A stretch of 59,341 nt of DNA. It comes from Silvanigrellaceae bacterium (GTDB lineage: Bacteria; Bdellovibrionota_B; Oligoflexia; Silvanigrellales; Silvanigrellaceae). Positions 9,279 through 18,451 of this stretch are shown here, piece by piece (position 1 is the stretch's first letter; every line of letters begins with the position of its first letter). A program made the position numbers and the translations under genes. The stretch covers positions 1 through 59,341 of the forward strand of contig JBILKQ010000001.1 in NCBI GenBank assembly GCA_044376655.1, written 5' to 3'. The notes beneath the pieces are model-generated. The model did not search any database. It was given only the letters and a program-made list of their open reading frames with translations, and was not told where the DNA came from.

Positions 9279-10500
9279 GTTGATCAACGTTCCCACACAG
9301 GGGCAGAAAATCACCGCAGACAGCAAAGGACAGCTCATAGTTCCTGCTGAGCCCATCATTCCCTTCATCCGCGGCGACGGCACTGGCCCAGACATTTGGG
9401 CTGCAAGCCAGATGGTTTTTGATGCTGCGGTAGCCAAGGCCTATGGTGGCAAGCGCAAAGTTCACTGGATGGAAGTTCCTGCTGGTGAGGCTTCATTTCA
9501 ACAATACAATGACTGGCTGCCCCAGGAGACAGTCGACGCTCTGCGCGATTTTCGCGTGTCTATCAAGGGTCCACTGACCACTCCTGTGGGTGGAGGCATC
9601 CGCAGTTTGAATGTGACTCTGCGCCAGACTCTCGATTTGTATCAATGCGTGCGCCCGGTAAAGTGGTATCCGAATGTGCCCGCTCCCGTGCGTGAGCCAA
9701 ACAAAGTCAATATGGTTATTTTCCGCGAGAACACGGAAGATATCTACGCCGGAATCGAGTTTAAATCAGGCACTCCCGAGGCGCTCAAGCTGAGAGAATT
9801 TTTGAAGACAGCCTTCAACAAAACGGTGCGTGAGGATTCTGGCTTGGGCATCAAGCCCGTGAGTGAATTTGGCTCAAAGCGTCTGGTGCGCGCTGCTATC
9901 CAGTACGCGATTGAGAATAAGCGCAAGAGTGTGACGCTTGTGCACAAAGGCAACATCATGAAATTTACTGAAGGTGCTTTCCGTGACTGGGGTTATGCCG
10001 TCGCAAAGGAAGAGTTCCGGGATTTCTGTGTCACCTGGGAAGAGTGCCAGGGCCAGGTTCCTGCTGGAAAGATCCTCATCAAAGACGCAATTGCAGACAA
10101 CATGTTCCAGCAGGCTCTTTTGCGTCCCGATGAGTACGATGTTTTGGCAACCACGAATCTCAATGGCGATTACCTTTCCGATGCGCTTGCTGCACAGGTG
10201 GGTGGTCTTGGAATCGCACCTGGCGCCAACATTGGCGACGGGTATGCAGTGTTCGAGGCAACCCATGGAACCGCTCCAAAGTATGCTGGCCAAGACAAGG
10301 TGAACCCCGGAAGTGTGATTCTCAGCGGCGTTATGATGTTTGAATATCTGGGTTGGAAAGAGGTCTGCACACTGATCGAGAGAGCCTTTGAAGCAACTCT
10401 GCAAGACAAAGTCGTGACCTACGATTTTGCGCGTCAGCTTGCAGGAGCAAAAGAAGTGAAGTGCAGCGAGTTTGCCAAGGCGATTTGCGCTCACATGTAA
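9268..10500 (+). CDS. icd: NADP-dependent isocitrate dehydrogenase (homodimeric Icd type)
   Basis: Collinear by eye with E. coli Icd: [102 protein letters not shown] 9268 gives MTYKLINVP; the ORF-track start 9124 lies inside the rluD-like gene. Confidence 0.92.
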   Translation: MTYKLINVPTQGQKITADSKGQLIVPAEPIIPFIRGDGTGPDIWAASQMVFDAAVAKAYGGKRKVHWMEVPAGEASFQQYNDWLPQETVDALRDFRVSIKGPLTTPVGGGIRSLNVTLRQTLDLYQCVRPVKWYPNVPAPVREPNKVNMVIFRENTEDIYAGIEFKSGTPEALKLREFLKTAFNKTVREDSGLGIKPVSEFGSKRLVRAAIQYAIENKRKSVTLVHKGNIMKFTEGAFRDWGYAVAKEEFRDFCVTWEECQGQVPAGKILIKDAIADNMFQQALLRPDEYDVLATTNLNGDYLSDALAAQVGGLGIAPGANIGDGYAVFEATHGTAPKYAGQDKVNPGSVILSGVMMFEYLGWKEVCTLIERAFEATLQDKVVTYDFARQLAGAKEVKCSEFAKAICAHM

Positions 10501-10518
10501 TCTTCTTGCGCAAATAAG

Positions 10519-10566
10519 ATCAGGCCCCGTTTATCAGCAAGATAGACGGGGCCTGATGCTTTTTTA
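10519..10566. terminator. bidirectional intrinsic terminator between convergent icd and the 10578 ORF
   Basis: 12-bp perfect stem ATCAGGCCCCGT / ACGGGGCCTGAT (10519-10530 / 10546-10557). It is followed by GCTTTTTT on the + strand and a partial T tract on the - strand. Confidence 0.7.
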
Positions 10567-10577
10567 TATACAAATGC

Positions 10578-10904
10578 TTAGGAATACTGTGGCTTGCCGT
10601 CGAGTGTGTAGAGCTTAATGACGCTCGACCACTTGCATTGGCTGCCGACGTTCTGAATGACCTGCAAGATGCTGGCTTCTGTCTCGGCGTTGAGTGGGCG
10701 ATTGCTCTCAAAAACGTAACGCGCACACAGCCAGTGGACATCCAAAATTCTCTTTTCGAGTTCGCTTCCTTTGAGCTTTGTTCCGCGGCTGGCGACGTGT
10801 TCGAGTTTCAACGCTCCAACCTGCTTAGGAAGCTGAGCCGCGAAAGGTGCCTCAACGAAGATATCGATGCCAGCGAGAAGACGATTGTCTGTGCTTGAGC
10901 TCAT
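10578..10904 (-). CDS. hypothetical protein (108 aa), co-transcribed with NAD-IDH
   Basis: ATG 10904 lies 20 nt downstream of the IDH3-like stop and is preceded by AAGGAACGAG. No recognisable motif. Confidence 0.55.
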   Translation of the reverse strand: MSSSTDNRLLAGIDIFVEAPFAAQLPKQVGALKLEHVASRGTKLKGSELEKRILDVHWLCARYVFESNRPLNAETEASILQVIQNVGSQCKWSSVIKLYTLDGKPQYS

Positions 10905-10924
10905 GGTCTCGTTCCTTTTGTGTT

Positions 10925-11932
10925 TCAATTCATTTTCGCGATGATGGCGTCAGCAAACTGCATTGTGCTTGCGGAACCCTTCAAATCACGGGTCAGATTT
11001 TTACCTTCTCCCAGCACAGCATGTAGCGCCTTTTCAATGCGCGACGCTTTGTCGAGCTCACCCATGTGCTGCAACATCATCACCGACGAAAGCAGCAGGG
11101 CAGTCGGGTTGGCGAGTCCCTTTCCTGCAATATCCGGTGCGGAGCCGTGAACCGCTTCGAAGACCGCACCCGTTGAGCCGATATTTGCTCCCGGTGCAAC
11201 ACCTAGTCCACCAACAAGTCCGGCGCACAGATCCGAGACGATATCTCCATACAGGTTGGGCAGAACCAGGACGTCGAATTCCTCAGGACGCGTGACCAGC
11301 TGCATACACAGGTTGTCGACGATGATGCTGTCGAAGACGATGTCGGGAAACTCTTTTGCAACGTGTTCGTGTGCTTTGAGGAAAAGTCCGTCAGTGAGCT
11401 TGTGAATGTTGGCTTTGTGAACACAGGTCACGCGTTTTCTTTTGAGCTTTCGGGCCATTTCAAACGCGTACTTTGCAACTCGTTCGCTGCCTTCCCATGT
11501 GATCACCTTCAGGCACTGTGCCACATTGGGCGCAACCATGTGCTCGACCCCAGCGTAGGTGTCTTCCGTGTTTTCGCGCACGATGATCATGTCAATGTTG
11601 TCAAAGCGTGTCTTGTAGCCCGGCAGGCTCTTTGCTGGACGTACGTTGGCATACAAGTCCAGGCGCTTTCTCAGAGTCACGTTGGCGCTTTGGTGGCCAC
11701 CGCCCGTAGGTGTAGTGGTTGGCCCCTTGAGAGAAATTCTATTCTTGGCAATTGACTCAATGGTGGCATCGGGCATTACACCTTTGCCAGCAAGAGCACT
11801 GGCTTCGCCGCCCTCGTGAGTTTCCCACTCGATTTCTGCACCGCAGGCCGCAAGAATTTTCGTCACTGCTGCGCTGATTTCCGGTCCAATCCCGTCACCA
11901 GGAATCAGGGTGACCTTTTGTTTTTGACCCAT
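10925..11932 (-). CDS. NAD-dependent isocitrate dehydrogenase (IDH3-like; isocitrate/isopropylmalate dehydrogenase family)
   Basis: VTLIPGDGIGPEI, SLKGPTTTP, NVTLRKRLDLYANVRP, CVHKANIHKLTDGLFL, NLYGDIVSDLCAGLVGGLGVAPGANIG. AAGGAG SD 8 nt upstream of ATG 11932. Substrate specificity is inferred from resemblance to IDH3 rather than LeuB. Confidence 0.8.
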   Translation of the reverse strand: MGQKQKVTLIPGDGIGPEISAAVTKILAACGAEIEWETHEGGEASALAGKGVMPDATIESIAKNRISLKGPTTTPTGGGHQSANVTLRKRLDLYANVRPAKSLPGYKTRFDNIDMIIVRENTEDTYAGVEHMVAPNVAQCLKVITWEGSERVAKYAFEMARKLKRKRVTCVHKANIHKLTDGLFLKAHEHVAKEFPDIVFDSIIVDNLCMQLVTRPEEFDVLVLPNLYGDIVSDLCAGLVGGLGVAPGANIGSTGAVFEAVHGSAPDIAGKGLANPTALLLSSVMMLQHMGELDKASRIEKALHAVLGEGKNLTRDLKGSASTMQFADAIIAKMN

Positions 11933-11967
11933 TTTGTCTGCTCCTTCCAAAGCAAAAGTGTTCCGGA

Positions 11968-12780
11968 CTAAATCATTTCAGACTGCGCTTTGGCAAGCGC
12001 ATCCCATTCTCCTTCGCCCCATTGGTAGCCAAGGCACGCAATGAGTTCCATGTAGAGACTGAAATCTTCAATATCTTGGCTGTTTTCTTCCCCCTCGGAC
12101 GGTTCAACAACCTTCAGAAAGGCGTTCATGCCGTCCTCTGTCAGCAGCGCAGCCAGCAGCAGAGGAAGATGACCCAAGGTGCTTCTCCCAAAGATTTTGC
12201 GCTCTTCCGAACGGATATCGTCCAAGGCCTGATGTCCTCTTTCCACTACGTCCGCGAACGACGCGTGCGGCTTTTTCAGAAGGCAGAGCTCGGGTGTTTC
12301 AAGACTATGGTAGAAATCGCAGATAAGGGGGCGGGCATTGAATATCCCGCAATGTCCCCCGAGCGGACCTGTTTCGGGTGTGGATACAAACAGGGGGCAG
12401 GGCAGCTTTTCGTTGAGGAATATATGCTGTTGCTCATCTGTGAGAGGAAGTGATCCCCTGCGCCGAGCATGCTCAAGGTATCGGCTCGCATAGGGTATGC
12501 ACTTTGCCCGCAGTTCCTCCAGGCTTTGGCCCTCGGCCAGCAATCGAGCCAAAACGATGAAGGCTTCACCGGCGGTCGCCGGGATAACCGGAAAATGACA
12601 ACATGCGCCGCACCCTTTGGTGCATGTGATGCGTGGAGCCTCTGGATGTGCGGCATGCCTCGCAGACAGTGCATCACGATCCGCCACCCAGCGTTCATAG
12701 ACTGAGTCAACGACTGGTAGTAAGCACTCTAATGCCTTTACAAAATTCATCGATGCTGCCCCGATTAAGGATCCACTCAT
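11968..12780 (-). CDS. YkgJ-type cysteine-cluster (CxxCxxCC) domain protein
   Basis: CTKGCGACCHFPV motif with further conserved Cys (CPLF, CGIF, ICDFY). The start is ambiguous: ATG 12780 or ATG 12750. Confidence 0.6.
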   Translation of the reverse strand: MSGSLIGAASMNFVKALECLLPVVDSVYERWVADRDALSARHAAHPEAPRITCTKGCGACCHFPVIPATAGEAFIVLARLLAEGQSLEELRAKCIPYASRYLEHARRRGSLPLTDEQQHIFLNEKLPCPLFVSTPETGPLGGHCGIFNARPLICDFYHSLETPELCLLKKPHASFADVVERGHQALDDIRSEERKIFGRSTLGHLPLLLAALLTEDGMNAFLKVVEPSEGEENSQDIEDFSLYMELIACLGYQWGEGEWDALAKAQSEMI

Positions 12781-13309
12781 GCGTTGGAACTATACCTCCC
12801 AGTTTGCTGTAGAAGTCCAGTTTGAGGACATCGATGGGGGAGGTGTCGTTCACCACCCCAACTATCTCAAATATTTGGAACGTGCACGATGTCAGGCTAT
12901 GCGTGAAATTGGCGTTCCCTTTGAGCAGTGTCTGAAAGATGGCGTTGCCTTTGTCGTTGCGGAATTGAACTCGAAATATCTCCGCCCCCTCCAGTTTGGC
13001 CAGAGAGTCTTTGTTTTGACGCGCCTCGTTGCGCTGCGAAAAAGCAGCCTCAAGGTTTTCCAGAAAATCATCTCTGAGCCACCAACAAAAGAGCTTCTCG
13101 ACGGTCACCAGGATTTCTTTTCCACTGCGGGTCGGGCGTGTTTCTTCGCACAATTACGTCTTGTGGCCGTGAATCTTAACGATGCTCGTCCTATCAACCT
13201 ACCCGACAATCTGCGCAGCGCTGCGGGCTGTCCTGCTGCCGATTTGCTTGCTGAGCAGACTCAGCTCACAGATGTGCGTCTGCTTCCATTTTCTCAGGAA
13301 AATGGCTGA
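12779..13309 (+). CDS. acyl-CoA thioesterase, 4HBT/YbgC family
   Basis: Hot-dog fold N-terminus FAVEVQFEDIDGGGVVHHPNYLKYLERAR. AAGGA SD 9 nt upstream of ATG 12779. Confidence 0.8.
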   Translation: MRWNYTSQFAVEVQFEDIDGGGVVHHPNYLKYLERARCQAMREIGVPFEQCLKDGVAFVVAELNSKYLRPLQFGQRVFVLTRLVALRKSSLKVFQKIISEPPTKELLDGHQDFFSTAGRACFFAQLRLVAVNLNDARPINLPDNLRSAAGCPAADLLAEQTQLTDVRLLPFSQENG

Positions 13310-13327
13310 TCGCAGCGGAGGGTTTGC

Positions 13328-15475
13328 ATGAACAACAGAGCTCGGGTCATCGGTCTGGCGACAGGTTTGATTTTTGCACTCGCGCTGTTCGTGGTGGGAA
13401 CTTGGCTTGAAACGAAAATTTTTGAAGGCCTAACCCACATTTTGAAGAATCAGACATTTCTGTCAGTGATTCTGTTTTTCAGCATCGTGAACCTCAATGC
13501 AGTTTTGGCATTTGTGCTCATTTTTTTGAGCTTCAGGAATGCAGTCAAACTCGTGGTGGAAAGACAGCGAGCCGTTTTTGGAAGTTCACTACGCACCCGT
13601 TTGGTCACTTTGTTTTTGTTTTTTTCGCTCGTACCAACTCTAATTCTCCTTTATATCTCGACAAAATTTGTGAACGTTCGTTTTGAAACCTGGATGCCGC
13701 CCAGTGTTGCCGAAACAGCAGAGCAAAGTTTGAAGACTGAAGCTATCTATCGGGAAAAGATGCTCGAGCTTCTCAACAAGCAAGTTCAATTTTCGAGTAG
13801 TCCGAGCGAATTTGATTTTGTTGTTCCCGTTAATCGCGCAGCACGCGACAAATCTCTGATCAAACAGGAACACGTCGCCCTTAAAGATCAACTTCATAAT
13901 GTTCTCGATGTTCAAGCTGCAAAAGTTTCAAACGAAGCTGCTGCCTTGAAGTTGAATGCTGAGCGTTATGTTGTTGCGGCTCGGCAAGGAGATTTTTTTG
14001 TTGGTCACCTTTCTCCACCGTCATTCCAAACCCAATGGGGGCTGCTCTCGCGCGAACTTTCCGAGGCCCATCCGGGGGTCGAATTGGTGCGTCTGAGTTA
14101 CTATATTCTCCTGGGCGCACTCACGGTGCTTCTTATTTTTTCTGCTCTTTGGTTGGGTGTGACCATTGCACGTGAGCTGACTGGCCCCCTGCAAACCCTG
14201 GCGCATGCGACCAACTCTGTGGCCCAGGGCAACTACGATGTAAACATTGATGATGTTGTTTCTGATGATGAATTGGGTCAACTTGCGCGTAGTTTCAGAT
14301 CAATGGTCGGCGACTTGCGCGATGCTCAGTCGCGCGCTCGTGCATCAGCTGCAGAACTCGAGCACCAAGCAGCTCAGCTTTCCGAAAAAACAGAATACTA
14401 TGCTTCAGTTCTCAAAGAGGTGCAGGCGGCGGTGTTTTCCGTCGATAGTGAGCTCAAACTTGAGTCGTGCAATCCTGCCGCGGAGCGATTGTTTTCACTT
14501 GATGAAGACAGCGCGCGAGGCCTAACACTCGCTCAGGCTTTACCCTCGGAATTTTATGGTCAGTGGCTCAAGCCATTGCTTTCACCGCTCCTCGAAAAAG
14601 GGGAGCTACGGGTTGAGGGCGAATATTCTGGTCGTCTTGGGCTCTCTGATTTTCAACTTGTGGTGGCGGCGATTGCCTTGACAAAGCCCAAAGGTGAAAG
14701 GGCTATCCTCGTCATAGTGGAAGACGTTACGCACATCTTCAGGGCCCAGCGCTCTGCAGCCTGGCGCGAGGTGGCACGCAAAGTTGCCCACGAGATCAAA
14801 AATCCTCTCACTCCTATCAAGCTTGGAGCACAAAGACTTGAACGCCGCCTTTTGGGGCGCGTCGAGGGCGCAGACCATGAGGCTTTAAAGGAGAGTCTTG
14901 GTGTGATTGTTCAATCATCAGACACCATCAAAAGGCTTGTCGATGAATTTGTTTCCGTGGCTCGAATGCCCGGCGCACGCATGCAGCATGCCAATATTTT
15001 CGACACACTGAAATTTGCTGCAGCCTCTTTCTCAGAGAATCCGGAGCAGGTTGCGATTGTCATTGAGTACTGGAGCCGAGAATCAAATGCATATTTGACT
15101 CTGAATCCGGGTTTAGAGGATGAGTCCTATAAATTTAAGTTCGATCCAGAACAGCTGGGACGGGCTCTCATCAACCTCCTCGCCAACGCCATCGCTGCAT
15201 CTGCAGGTCTTCCGGATGCCCGAAAGGTTGTTATTCGGGCTGGCTCGCCCACACTGCTGTCCGGAAACTTGGAAATCTCTGTGCTCGACTGGGGCCAAGG
15301 TGTGCCTGAGGCAGTGCGCGATAGGCTTTTCGAGCCTTATTTCAGCACCAAGCGCACTGGAACTGGTCTCGGACTCGTGATCGTGCAGCAAATCGTCCAC
15401 GAACATGGCGGAATGTTGAGAGTGGCTGCCAACACGCCTCGTGGTAGTGTCTTTACGATGATCTTGTCGACCTGA
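13328..15475 (+). CDS. NtrY-like sensor histidine kinase (multi-TM, HAMP, PAS, HisKA, HATPase)
   Basis: N-terminal hydrophobic helices and a HAMP-like segment after the last TM. H-box VAHEIKNPLTPI, N-box NLLANAIAAS, G-box GTGLGLVIV. GGAGGG SD before ATG 13328. Confidence 0.8.
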   Translation: MNNRARVIGLATGLIFALALFVVGTWLETKIFEGLTHILKNQTFLSVILFFSIVNLNAVLAFVLIFLSFRNAVKLVVERQRAVFGSSLRTRLVTLFLFFSLVPTLILLYISTKFVNVRFETWMPPSVAETAEQSLKTEAIYREKMLELLNKQVQFSSSPSEFDFVVPVNRAARDKSLIKQEHVALKDQLHNVLDVQAAKVSNEAAALKLNAERYVVAARQGDFFVGHLSPPSFQTQWGLLSRELSEAHPGVELVRLSYYILLGALTVLLIFSALWLGVTIARELTGPLQTLAHATNSVAQGNYDVNIDDVVSDDELGQLARSFRSMVGDLRDAQSRARASAAELEHQAAQLSEKTEYYASVLKEVQAAVFSVDSELKLESCNPAAERLFSLDEDSARGLTLAQALPSEFYGQWLKPLLSPLLEKGELRVEGEYSGRLGLSDFQLVVAAIALTKPKGERAILVIVEDVTHIFRAQRSAAWREVARKVAHEIKNPLTPIKLGAQRLERRLLGRVEGADHEALKESLGVIVQSSDTIKRLVDEFVSVARMPGARMQHANIFDTLKFAAASFSENPEQVAIVIEYWSRESNAYLTLNPGLEDESYKFKFDPEQLGRALINLLANAIAASAGLPDARKVVIRAGSPTLLSGNLEISVLDWGQGVPEAVRDRLFEPYFSTKRTGTGLGLVIVQQIVHEHGGMLRVAANTPRGSVFTMILST

Positions 15476-15491
15476 TCAATTTGGAGTGTCA

Positions 15492-16922
15492 ATGAACAGC
15501 TCTGTGAGCGATCTGGTGAGTTCCAGCACCGGAAAGATTCTCATCATCGATGACGAACGCGACATCTGTAAAGCTATGTCCGATATCCTCCGTGATGAAG
15601 GTCACCGTGTCAGTATTGCACATGATGCGGCCACGGGTCTGAGGCTTCTCGCCAAAGAGATTCCGGAAGTGTGTCTGCTTGACGTCTGGCTTCCCGATCA
15701 AGATGGGCTCGCTGTTCTTGAGAAAATTAGGAGTTTGGGAAGTGATGTTTGCGTGGTCATGATTTCTGGTCATGCCAACATCGAGACAGCTGTGAAGGCA
15801 ACCAGGCTCGGGGCTGTAGATTTTCTCGAGAAGCCATTGAGTCTTGAGAAGCTTGTGATGAGCGTCGAGAACGCACTGCGGTTGCGTCAATTGCGCGCTG
15901 AAAATGCCCACCTGCGTATGCGGATGGAGAAGCGCTACAAGCTCATCGGTGAATCGAAGGCAATGCTCCAGGTGCGCGACACTATAGATGTTGTTGCTTC
16001 AAAGAATTCAACGGTGCTCATCACAGGAGAAAATGGCACAGGCAAGGAAAATGTCGCACGCCTCATTCATGAAAAAAGCTTGCGTAGTCGCAAACCATTT
16101 ATTGCTATTAACTGTGCCGCAATTCCTGAGGAGCTCATTGAGTCTGAACTTTTCGGATTTGAGAAGGGCTCATTTACGGGCGCCATGCAGAGCAAACGTG
16201 GCAAGTTTGAACAGGCGCACACGGGCACTTTGTTTCTCGACGAGATTGGTGACATGTCTCTCAAGGTGCAGAGCAAAGTGCTCCGCGTTTTGCAGGAGCA
16301 AAGGTTTGAGCGGATCGGCAGTGATGAAACTGTCGAGGTTGATGTACGTGTTATAGCTGCCACCAATAAAAATCTTGAAGAGGCTATAAAGAAGGGTGAG
16401 TTTCGCGAAGACCTTTTCTACCGACTGAACGTTATCCCGATTCTTCTCCCTCCTCTGCGGGAGCGTGGAGACGACATACTCTCTATCGCCAATCACTATC
16501 TCGGTGCGTTCAGTGCCGAAGAGGGCGTGACGTCAAAGACCTTTTCTTCGGGCGCACAGCGTGCTCTCATGGCCTATCACTGGCCCGGGAATATCCGTGA
16601 ATTGAAGAATATCATGGAGCGCCTGAGTATTCTGGTGCGCGAAGATGTTATCGATGAAACGCACCTTCCTGCTGAGATTTGCATGACCAAGCGCTCGCCT
16701 GAGAATGAGAGCAGTGCACCATTTCAGTTCGAAAGGATCCGCGATGCTCGAGCAGAGTTCGAGAGATTATTCATTTTGCAGAAGCTCAAACAAAACGAAT
16801 TTAATGTTTCCAGAACAGCTGAGAATATTGGGCTTGAGCGTAGTCATTTGTACAGGAAGCTGAAGGCTTATGGTATTGATCCCGAGCCTGATAGGCGTGG
16901 TGATGTGGCAGAGGAGTTCTAG
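15492..16922 (+). CDS. sigma-54-dependent response regulator (NtrC/NtrX family enhancer-binding protein)
   Basis: REC domain (ILIIDDERD, LLDVWLPDQDG). AAA+ Walker A GENGTGKE, ESELFG and GSFTGA (a GAFTGA variant). C-terminal Fis-type HTH NVSRTAENIGLERSHLYRKLKAYGI. GGAG SD before ATG 15492. Confidence 0.88.
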   Translation: MNSSVSDLVSSSTGKILIIDDERDICKAMSDILRDEGHRVSIAHDAATGLRLLAKEIPEVCLLDVWLPDQDGLAVLEKIRSLGSDVCVVMISGHANIETAVKATRLGAVDFLEKPLSLEKLVMSVENALRLRQLRAENAHLRMRMEKRYKLIGESKAMLQVRDTIDVVASKNSTVLITGENGTGKENVARLIHEKSLRSRKPFIAINCAAIPEELIESELFGFEKGSFTGAMQSKRGKFEQAHTGTLFLDEIGDMSLKVQSKVLRVLQEQRFERIGSDETVEVDVRVIAATNKNLEEAIKKGEFREDLFYRLNVIPILLPPLRERGDDILSIANHYLGAFSAEEGVTSKTFSSGAQRALMAYHWPGNIRELKNIMERLSILVREDVIDETHLPAEICMTKRSPENESSAPFQFERIRDARAEFERLFILQKLKQNEFNVSRTAENIGLERSHLYRKLKAYGIDPEPDRRGDVAEEF

Positions 16923-18001
16923 TGAAGGCGATTCTCCGTTCGTTGTTACTATTGGTTGTTGCCTTTGTTTTTCTCTCTGTGATGCAGAAGCTTGGACTCT
17001 TGCGTTGGTCTGACATTGTTGCTGCATTTATTGCTCATCCCAAAACGATCCTGGGAGTGTGCCTGGTACAGGCATTCTGTGCTGTCGTTATGATGGTCCG
17101 CTATTGGAAGCTTCTGAATTTGTTTGGTGTGAGTACGCCTCTATCACAGGCTTCATCTGCAACTTTTGTTTCAACCGCGTTAGGCCAGTGGTTTCCCGGA
17201 TCAATGGCTGTGGTTGAGGTTTTGAGGATCGGCCTGATGTTCGGCAACGATCCTCAACGCTCACTGAATTCTAGCGGAAGTGGTGCGGGGCTTAAAGCCA
17301 AGTTGGCTATCGTTTCGCTTGTCGACCGTCTGGTCGGGTTTCTCGGAATTCTGCTCATGGGCTTTGTTTTCGCCGGCTATTTGCTTGTCCAAGTTGTCGC
17401 CACAGATAGCAGCGAGATCAGCGGTGTCCTTTTTTTAATGACGACTTCGGGATTAGGCGCAGCTACGCTCTTTGCTCTTCCGTTGTTCGTGCGCTGGAAG
17501 CCTGTTCGTCTGCTTTGCCGCCGTTTTTCAGAGAAACAATACGGGTCTGGTACCCGGGTGCGTGCTGTTTTCGCTGCGATTGCGCGTCAACTTGAACCTT
17601 TGCGCCATGACATCGAGGCCGGTACGCGTCATCCCTCCCGCTTGGCTTGGCCCATTGTACTCAGCTTTGTGAACCTACTGGCCGCCAGTGCAGCACTCTA
17701 TCTCGCTGCACGTGCCCTCTCGGTACATCTCGATTTCTTTCAGATCGTTTGTGTATTTCCGATTATCTCGGTTGCCTCGTTGCTGCCGTTGGGTTTTGCC
17801 GGAATAGGTGGTTACCAGCTCATCATGGCAACAGTTTTCGGGATTTTCTCGGTTTCTCCTGCGGTGGTTGCCTCAGCCGGGGTGCTTCAAAGTGCCCTGG
17901 GTCTGTTTGTGAACACCCTTTTGGGTTTGATGTTCCTGAAGGTCAGCTCCTCTCAGATTCGGTCGATTTTCCGCCGTCAATCAGCACCTTCGGCGAGTTG
18001 A
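16922..18001 (+). CDS. polytopic inner-membrane protein, UPF0104 / LPG-synthase-TM (flippase-like) type
   Basis: About 8 hydrophobic helices. N-terminal layout (RWSDI..., MMVRYWKLLNLFG, FPGSMAVVEVLRIGLM, VDRLVGFLGILL) resembles the UPF0104 family. GTG 16922 overlaps the regulator stop (TAGTG). Confidence 0.55.
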   Translation: MKAILRSLLLLVVAFVFLSVMQKLGLLRWSDIVAAFIAHPKTILGVCLVQAFCAVVMMVRYWKLLNLFGVSTPLSQASSATFVSTALGQWFPGSMAVVEVLRIGLMFGNDPQRSLNSSGSGAGLKAKLAIVSLVDRLVGFLGILLMGFVFAGYLLVQVVATDSSEISGVLFLMTTSGLGAATLFALPLFVRWKPVRLLCRRFSEKQYGSGTRVRAVFAAIARQLEPLRHDIEAGTRHPSRLAWPIVLSFVNLLAASAALYLAARALSVHLDFFQIVCVFPIISVASLLPLGFAGIGGYQLIMATVFGIFSVSPAVVASAGVLQSALGLFVNTLLGLMFLKVSSSQIRSIFRRQSAPSAS

Positions 18002-18046
18002 TATTTGCCGCTTGAAGTCAGGGGGGTGCTGGGCTATGTGTCCCTC

Positions 18047-18404
18047 GCGAGGAGAGCTGGGCTACAGCGCCGTGGGCTTTTTGGGTCCATGAGTGAGGAA
18101 AGTCCGGACTTCGTAGAGCGGAGTGCTGGTTAACGACCAGGCGGGGCAACCCGACGGAAAGTGCAACAGAAAATACAAAGCCTAAGGTGCAAACCCGGCA
18201 ATGGTGAAATCGTGAGGTAAGAGCTCACGGGTGTCCGTGGCGACACGGCGCTTGGCAAACCCCACTCGAAGCAAAACCAAATAGGGGCGGAGGATTGGCT
18301 CGATCCGCTGAACGCCCGGGTTGGTTGCAAAGACTCCTCCGGTAACGGTGGGAGCAAGAGAAATTGTAGTCGTCGACAGAATCCGGCTTACAGGTTCTCC
18401 TCGC
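18047..18404 (+). ncRNA. rnpB: RNase P RNA, bacterial type A
   Basis: Universal P4 strands GAGGAAAGTCCGGAC (5') and ACAGAATCCGGCTTA (3'), plus GTGCAACAGAAAATACA and AGCAAAACCAAATAGGGG blocks. The P1 helix pairs GCGAGGAGAGC with GGTTCTCCTCGC. T tracts follow. Confidence 0.9.
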
Positions 18405-18451
18405 TTTTTGATTTTGGAGATTTTTTTTAGTTCACCCTCGAGAGGTGCCTC

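Noticed and set aside
14772-14787. TGGCACGCAAAGTTGC, a near-consensus sigma-54 motif.
   Set aside because: The spacing is one nucleotide too long, and it lies in the middle of the histidine-kinase CDS (encoding the VAHEIKNP H-box region). Most likely coincidental.
18405-18451. Riboswitches in three places: a SAM riboswitch before metK, an SAH riboswitch before ahcY (55794-55903) and a glycine riboswitch before gcvT (41608-41620).
   Set aside because: The spacers are too short (47 and 13 nt). The 110-nt ahcY leader lacks the conserved SAH-element strings I can recall and shows only a simple 8-bp hairpin.
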